A DNA stretch of 32,000 nucleotides, from positions 90,001 to 122,000 of the forward strand of contig OZ252279.1 in the NCBI GenBank assembly GCA_965250005.1, given 5' to 3'. Source of the stretch: Demequinaceae bacterium. GTDB lineage: Bacteria; Actinomycetota; Actinomycetes; Actinomycetales; Demequinaceae. Positions within the stretch are counted from its first letter, which is position 1; every line of letters begins with the position of its first letter. Shown piece after piece: positions 27,444-32,000 of the stretch. The notes under the pieces were generated by a model. The model saw only the letters and a list, made by a program, of their open reading frames with translations, searched no databases and was not told the origin of the DNA. Both the position numbers and the translations under genes were made by a program.

Positions 27444-27555
27444 GGACCACCGGCGCCAGCAGCGCGCGGATCAGTGCGACCCGTCGCCGCAGTCGCCGCC
27501 CAAGTGGCGCTAGAGCACCAAGAACCTGAACGGCGACCGAAGTCGGCAGCAGTCG

Positions 27556-27894
27556 TTACATGCCAGGGACGTCGGCGCCTTCGAGGACTTCGACTTCACA
27601 GCCGCCGGGCATGTTCAGGTGCGGGTGGTCCTTGGCGAGTGCGACTGCCGCGTCCATGTCGGCTGCCTCGATGATCGTGTATCCGGTAATGTCGCTGCTG
27701 CTCGGACGGGCCTTGCCGCCGGGGCTTACCGTCTGGCCGCCGCTCAGGGGAGTGCCGAAGTCAGTCATGTCGCCGCCGACCTTCTCGGCCCACTTCATCC
27801 ACTCGCCCATGACGGCCTTCATGTCTTCTTCGCTGGGTGCAGCGCCATCGGGCATCTCGGCCGGACCGTGGTAAATGAATACGAACTTGCTCAT
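27556..27894 (-). CDS. YCII-related (DGPF-domain) protein
   Basis: MSKFVFIYHG...GWTIIEAADMDAAVALAKDHPHL-type pattern (actual GYTIIEAADMDAAVALAKDHPHLNMPGGCEVEVLEG). Confidence 0.85.
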   Translation of the reverse strand: MSKFVFIYHGPAEMPDGAAPSEEDMKAVMGEWMKWAEKVGGDMTDFGTPLSGGQTVSPGGKARPSSSDITGYTIIEAADMDAAVALAKDHPHLNMPGGCEVEVLEGADVPGM

Positions 27895-27952
27895 GTTCTG
27901 CTCTTTCTGTTGTGCCCGGCCACGTGCCGAGCGATGCGTAGTGCGATGGGTA

Positions 27953-28384
27953 CTACTTCTCGTGGAGCTCGGCGAGCGTGTTGAGGCAGCCCACCCAGCC
28001 TTCGTGGTGGTTGTCCGCGACGGTCTGATTCTCGAAGCGCGCGTGGGTGAGCGTCACCAGGGTCCGCTCGCCACGGTCCGTGAAATCGACTGTCACCACG
28101 GCCCCGTGAAGGTCGAGGCCCTCGCAGTTCCATGTGAAGACGATGCGCTCGGGTTCGTCAAAGGTCACGAACTCGCCGTCGAGCAGCGTGCTGCCCTCGG
28201 CCATGATCATCTCGAATGTGTAGTGGCCACCCGCGCGGGGGTCGATGGTGACGGCGGTGGGCTCGAACAGCTCGAGCGAGGGCCGCATCCACTGGCTCAG
28301 GTGTTCCCTGTCCGTCTACAGCTTCCACATGGTCGCGCGGTCCACAGCGAACTCGCGCTCGACCGAAACACTCAAATCCGTCAC
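27953..28384 (-). pseudogene. SRPBCC/AHSA1-family protein gene interrupted by in-frame TAG at 28316-28318
   Basis: Continuous frame VTDLSVSVEREFAVDRATMWKL*TDREHLSQWMRPSLELFEPTAV...; GTG at 28384 overlaps the TGA of the arsR-like gene. The ORF track shows only the part after the stop (27953-28288). Confidence 0.75.
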
Positions 28385-28725
28385 TTTTTCTCCTCGTTGA
28401 TTCTGTCGATGTACGCCTCGAGGTAGTTGAACTGCTGCGACCAGTACTCGCGCGTTTGGTTCATCCACTGCTGCGCCTCATTGAGCGCGTCGCGATTGAG
28501 GATGAGGTGCCGCTCGCGGCCGGCTTCCCGGCGCTGAGCGATCCCAGCTTTTTCGAGTGCGATTGCGTGCTTGTTGAGCATCTGTGGGGAGATGGCATTG
28601 TCGCGGGCGACGGAGGTCATGGCTGGGGGCGACGGCTGGATCGCCAGGTATTGCACGATGCCTCGGCGCACCGGGTGCGACAGCGCGGTAAACACGTGAT
28701 CGAGCGTGACAGGTTGATAAACCAT
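28381..28725 (-). CDS. ArsR-family winged-helix transcriptional regulator
   Basis: VTLDHVFTALSHPVRRGIVQYLAIQPSPPAMTSVARDNAISPQMLNKHAIALEKAGIAQRREAGRERHLILN. Confidence 0.88.
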   Translation of the reverse strand: MVYQPVTLDHVFTALSHPVRRGIVQYLAIQPSPPAMTSVARDNAISPQMLNKHAIALEKAGIAQRREAGRERHLILNRDALNEAQQWMNQTREYWSQQFNYLEAYIDRINEEKK

Positions 28726-28733
28726 AAGGTTTA
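28718..28733. promoter_or_regulatory. Inverted repeat TAAACC-ATAA-GGTTTA, candidate ArsR autoregulatory operator
   Basis: Perfect 6-bp arms spanning the ATG start (28723-28725) of the arsR-like gene. Confidence 0.5.
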
Positions 28734-28826
28734 GTATGCGCTGGGGCGGCGGGAAACGCAACCCCTACCGGCACGCCCGCTGGCGCGGCTACTGGCGGGC
28801 ATCAACCGCGGACGTAGGCTGATGCC

Positions 28827-29597
28827 ATGACAGAGCTTCTTCATGTAGTGGTCACGGGGGCATCTTCGGGAATCGGCGCGGCGACCGTACGCGCGCTCAC
28901 ATCTGAAGGCCTCCAGGTCACCGCCGTTGCCCGTCGTGCGGACCGTCTAGCGGAGCTCGCGGAAGAGACCGGCTGCGCCACGATTGTCTGCGACATCACC
29001 AAGGACAAAGACGTCGCGGCCATGGTCAAAGCCGCGACCAAGTCCGGACCCGTGCACGCACTTGTCAACAACGCGGGCGGGGCGCTCGGGATGGGCCCCA
29101 TTGCCGATTCGTCTCTGACCGACTGGACCACTCAGTACGAAGTAAACGTGGTCGGAACCGTCCGGGTGACCAAGGCGCTACTGCCGTCTCTGCGTGAGAG
29201 CGGGCATGGGGACGTCGTTGTCATCACATCGACCGCGGGCCTCGAGCCGTACGAGGGCGGCGCCGGCTACGTGGCCGCCAAGACCGCCGAGCATGCGATG
29301 GCGCGAACCCTGCGACTCGAGCTCACGGGCACCGGAGTGCGGGTGATCGAGATCGCGCCCGGAATGGTTCACACCGAGGAGTTCAGCCTCAACCGGTTTG
29401 ACGGAGATCAAGAGGCCGCGGACAGCGTTTACAAGGGCATCGAACCGCTGGTCGCGGAAGATATCGCCGATGCGGTCGCCTGGGCGATTCACCGTCCGCA
29501 CCACGTGTCGATCGACCAGATGGTGATCCGCCCGCGCGAGCAGGGCAGTGCGACCAAGACCGTGCGCTACATCGGCTCGGCCGGAGAGCAGGATTAG
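28827..29597 (+). CDS. Short-chain dehydrogenase/reductase, NAD(P)-dependent (YdfG-like)
   Basis: VVTGASSGIGAATVRAL, NNAGG, YVAAKTAEHAMARTL. TAGGCT 6 nt before ATG. Confidence 0.93.
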   Translation: MTELLHVVVTGASSGIGAATVRALTSEGLQVTAVARRADRLAELAEETGCATIVCDITKDKDVAAMVKAATKSGPVHALVNNAGGALGMGPIADSSLTDWTTQYEVNVVGTVRVTKALLPSLRESGHGDVVVITSTAGLEPYEGGAGYVAAKTAEHAMARTLRLELTGTGVRVIEIAPGMVHTEEFSLNRFDGDQEAADSVYKGIEPLVAEDIADAVAWAIHRPHHVSIDQMVIRPREQGSATKTVRYIGSAGEQD

Positions 29598-29599
29598 CG

Positions 29600-29764
29600 A
29601 TGGACGAATCGGCTGCCTACGAACTCGTTGGCGAACTGATCGGGTATCTCCTTGTTCCCGCAGCCGTCGTCTGGCTAATCGTCAGGCACAACCGGAAGGT
29701 TGCAGCTCGCAAAGAGGACGAACTCCAGGCCGAGCAGGACGGCTCAGGCGTCGCGCCTCAGTAG
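29600..29764 (+). CDS. 54-aa single-pass membrane protein (absent from the ORF track)
   Basis: ATG 3 nt after the SDR ORF end; MDESAAYELVGELIGYLLVPAAVVWLIVRHNRKVAARKEDELQAEQDGSGVAPQ. Confidence 0.6.
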   Translation: MDESAAYELVGELIGYLLVPAAVVWLIVRHNRKVAARKEDELQAEQDGSGVAPQ

Positions 29765-29997
29765 CCCTTCGAGATTCGCCAGTTCGCCGAACGCGTATAC
29801 GTGGGGATCAGGAACGCGTCGATGAGCCAGCCGACGCCCAGAAGGCCCGCCGTGAACAGGTAGATCAAGCCCCAGATGGGCTTGCGCAGGTAAAAATGAT
29901 GCCCGCCAAAAATGCCGAGGAAGAACCACAGCAAGTAGGCGATTCCGACGTCCTTGAGCGGACGAGAGGCATTGGCGGGCGAAGGTGTCGCTGTCAT
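29758..29997 (-). CDS. TM2-domain-containing protein
   Basis: KDVGIAYLLWFFLGIFGGHHFYLRKPIWGLIYLFTAGLLGVGWLIDAFLIP. TAGCAT 6 nt before ATG. Confidence 0.92.
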   Translation of the reverse strand: MTATPSPANASRPLKDVGIAYLLWFFLGIFGGHHFYLRKPIWGLIYLFTAGLLGVGWLIDAFLIPTYTRSANWRISKGY

Positions 29998-30086
29998 GCC
30001 ACGATGCTATCCGCGCGCGGAGAGGCGCAACATCAGGGAGCACCCCGACCCCGCACGGGGGAGGCCCGAAGTGGCTTGCGTGTGTC

Positions 30087-30467
30087 TTAGGAGCGGGATG
30101 CGATTGCGATTGCCACGAGGGCGATCGCAGGCAGCGTGCCCTGCACGACTGCTCCGCGCCACAGCCTGGGGAACCGCCATACCAGCACGATTGCCGCTCC
30201 AGCCATGTACGCCATGCTGTAGATGAGTAGCGTGTTCGAGTCGCTCTGCGCCGCCATCCACGCACCCACAAGCGCGCCTATAGCGAGGAATAGGTTGTAG
30301 AACCCCTGGTTGAAGAACACGCCTTCTTGCGCGAGCGCGTCTTCGGCGCTGCGCGCACCAAACAGGCGCCACACGGGCTCACGCTTCCACAGGAGCGACT
30401 CCAGCATCCAGATCCCAATGTGGACGAGTCCTGCGAGGGAGGCAGCAACGACGGCGAAGGTAATCAT
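30087..30467 (-). CDS. DUF1304-family membrane protein
   Basis: HIGIWMLESLLWKREPVWRLFG...EGVFFNQGFYNLFLAIGALVG. TAGGCT 6 nt before ATG. Confidence 0.87.
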   Translation of the reverse strand: MITFAVVAASLAGLVHIGIWMLESLLWKREPVWRLFGARSAEDALAQEGVFFNQGFYNLFLAIGALVGAWMAAQSDSNTLLIYSMAYMAGAAIVLVWRFPRLWRGAVVQGTLPAIALVAIAIASRS

Positions 30468-30480
30468 GCGCCGAGCCTAC

Positions 30481-30508
30481 GCGGGTGGGCCCCACAGGGC
30501 CCACCCGC
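30481..30508 (-). terminator. Perfect 12-bp stem, 4-nt loop hairpin downstream of the VOC gene; no U-tract
   Basis: GCGGGTGGGCCC-CACA-GGGCCCACCCGC. Confidence 0.6.
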
Positions 30509-30526
30509 CAGCGAACTTAGGTCTCG

Positions 30527-30901
30527 CTACTCGGGCAAACCTTCGAGGACCGAGATGATGTTTCCGGCCGGATCCTTGAACCACGCCACGCCCGGCGCCG
30601 TCGTCCGATCGATGCCCTTGGCGTCGGTGTTGGGGTATATCTCCATCGTGACGCCGCCGGCGACGAGGCTGTCAACGGCCTCCTCCACGCTGTCAACAGG
30701 GATGTTAAGGCAGGTGTACACAGCCGCGACGTGGTCAGGCTTGTCGTACGCCATCAGGGTGCCGCCTCCGTGCGTGATCATCAAAAACCCCTCGTTCATG
30801 GTGACGTCGAAGCCAAGGACTTCGCTGTAGAACTTCTTGCCCGCCTCGAGGTCGGGCATGGAGACGCTGCTGAATGACTTTGCTTTTGCGAACATGTTCA
30901 C
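30527..30901 (-). CDS. VOC-family (glyoxalase/dioxygenase-like) protein
   Basis: SVSMPDLEAGKKFYSEVLGFDVTMNEG...TTAPGVAWFKDPAGNIISVLE; AAGGAG SD upstream. Confidence 0.9.
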   Translation of the reverse strand: MNMFAKAKSFSSVSMPDLEAGKKFYSEVLGFDVTMNEGFLMITHGGGTLMAYDKPDHVAAVYTCLNIPVDSVEEAVDSLVAGGVTMEIYPNTDAKGIDRTTAPGVAWFKDPAGNIISVLEGLPE

Positions 30902-30979
30902 TCCTTGTGATCTTCATTGATCAGTGCCGTTGATTGCACTATGGGATGGGGTACTTCTGCACGCAACGAGCCCCGTGGA

Positions 30980-32000
30980 CTACGCAACCTCCTCCACGGT
31001 GACTCGCACGATTCTGTCGTCCCCGTCTCGGGGGCCGCCGTTGCCATCAGTGTTGCTCGTCATGACGTAGAGCGCTCCGTCGGGCCCCCACGACACGGCT
31101 CGGATTCGACCCAAGTCGTCGAGGAGCACGTGCGGCGTGCCGACCCCCTGGCCGACTAGCGGGATCCGCCACACGCGAGAGCCGCGGAGCGCGCCCATGT
31201 AGATCGCCTCGTCGGTGACGGCGATCCCCGAAGGGGACGCCTGATCCGTTGGCCACGTAGCGACGGGGTACGTGAGCCCCTCGACTGTTGCGCCCAGCTC
31301 GGTTCCGTTGGGGGAGCCGAACAGCCCCTCAACGGTGGGCCAACCGTAGTTTGCGCCGGCGACTATTTGGTTGAGTTCGTCCTGTTCATTCTGGCCGAGC
31401 TCGGAGGCGAACATTCGCCCGTCCGGTGACCACCCCAGGCCCTGGACATTGCGGTGTCCCCAACTCCAGATGCGCGTGCCAAACGGGTTGCCCGGCGCGG
31501 CTTCACCGTCGTTAGCACCGCCGTCGGCGACGACGCGCAGGATCTTGCCCGCGAGAGAGTCGAGATCCTGCGCGAGGGGCTTATTGGCCGCGTCTCCCGT
31601 TGCGATGTAGAGGTATCCGTCGGGACCGAACCGGATTCGGCCGCCGTCGTGGTTGTGTGCCTTCGGGATTCCTGACAGGATCACGGTCGCCGGGCCGAGC
31701 GTGTCGCCGGATACCTCCATGCGCACCACCGTGTTGCCCGAATCGCGCGTGACGTATGCGAACAGCAGAGTTGGGTCGTCGGGATGCAGGGCCAGGCCTA
31801 GAAGTCCAGCTTCGCGCGCGTTGTAGAGCGCGGATTGCAGGTCGTCCGCGCCAGCTCCGGTGAGCTCAGTGACGGTGGCGCCGTCGACTCGCAGAATCTT
31901 GGCCTGATCACGCAGTGAGATTAGTGGCGTCCCGTGCGGTTCCCAAGCGATGTCCCATGGCGCGGCGAGTCCCGTGACCCAGTCCTCGCGGGCGTCGACT
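30980..32000 (-). CDS. PQQ-dependent sugar (glucose/sorbosone-type) dehydrogenase, 5' partial
   Basis: Frame continues upstream of the track ORF to the window edge (GLAAPWDIAWEPHGTPLISLRDQAKILRVDG...EAGLLGLALHPDDPTLLFAYVTRD); HNHDGGRIRFGPDGYLYIATGDA; GHRNVQGLGWSPDGRMFASELGQNEQDELN. Confidence 0.92.
   Translation of the reverse strand, partial: VDAREDWVTGLAAPWDIAWEPHGTPLISLRDQAKILRVDGATVTELTGAGADDLQSALYNAREAGLLGLALHPDDPTLLFAYVTRDSGNTVVRMEVSGDTLGPATVILSGIPKAHNHDGGRIRFGPDGYLYIATGDAANKPLAQDLDSLAGKILRVVADGGANDGEAAPGNPFGTRIWSWGHRNVQGLGWSPDGRMFASELGQNEQDELNQIVAGANYGWPTVEGLFGSPNGTELGATVEGLTYPVATWPTDQASPSGIAVTDEAIYMGALRGSRVWRIPLVGQGVGTPHVLLDDLGRIRAVSWGPDGALYVMTSNTDGNGGPRDGDDRIVRVTVEEVA

Noticed and set aside
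27444-27555. Bidirectional terminator between the PKD and YCII genes
   Set aside because: No strong inverted repeat with T-tract could be identified.
29548-30090. 180-aa plus-strand ORF
   Set aside because: Overlaps the SDR end and the TM2 gene; Arg-rich, no motifs.
1-32000. CRISPR arrays, tRNA/rRNA genes, prophage modules and recognisable cas/restriction genes
   Set aside because: None visible. The only arrays are in-frame coding repeats (213 bp and 15 bp units).

Overview
This window is from a high-GC, probably actinobacterial, chromosome and is mostly ordinary protein-coding sequence. No tRNA, rRNA, CRISPR array, transposase, integrase or phage module was recognised. Left to right: a sortase-type B-repeat surface protein (5' end outside the window); a short scar region with an RtcB-like C-terminal remnant; a 3.6-8.7 kb block bracketed by two copies of a small membrane-protein gene and containing a membrane-anchored PBP-like receptor and a large membrane alpha/beta-hydrolase; a MazEF-like TA pair; a CASTOR/POLLUX-like RCK channel; a proline-rich membrane protein; a ROK kinase / GH3 hexosaminidase / GNAT cluster; a YbaK deacylase; a four-gene 2-oxoacid oxidoreductase operon; an acyltransferase-3/SGNH protein; a DUF1353-like protein; an ICMT-like methyltransferase; a lipoprotein plus PKD protein pair; an ArsR/SRPBCC/YCII operon; an SDR; TM2, DUF1304 and VOC proteins; and a PQQ-type sugar dehydrogenase running off the right edge. 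Main observations: (i) the bracketed receptor/hydrolase block, with one bracket copy lacking a canonical start codon; (ii) an in-frame TAG in the SRPBCC gene where Trp is plausible; (iii) ten genes with TANNNT exactly 6 nt before the start codon, indicating leaderless transcription; (iv) an rtcB 3' remnant; (v) a perfect 12-bp hairpin touching a promoter. All family calls are by eye, with no database searches.
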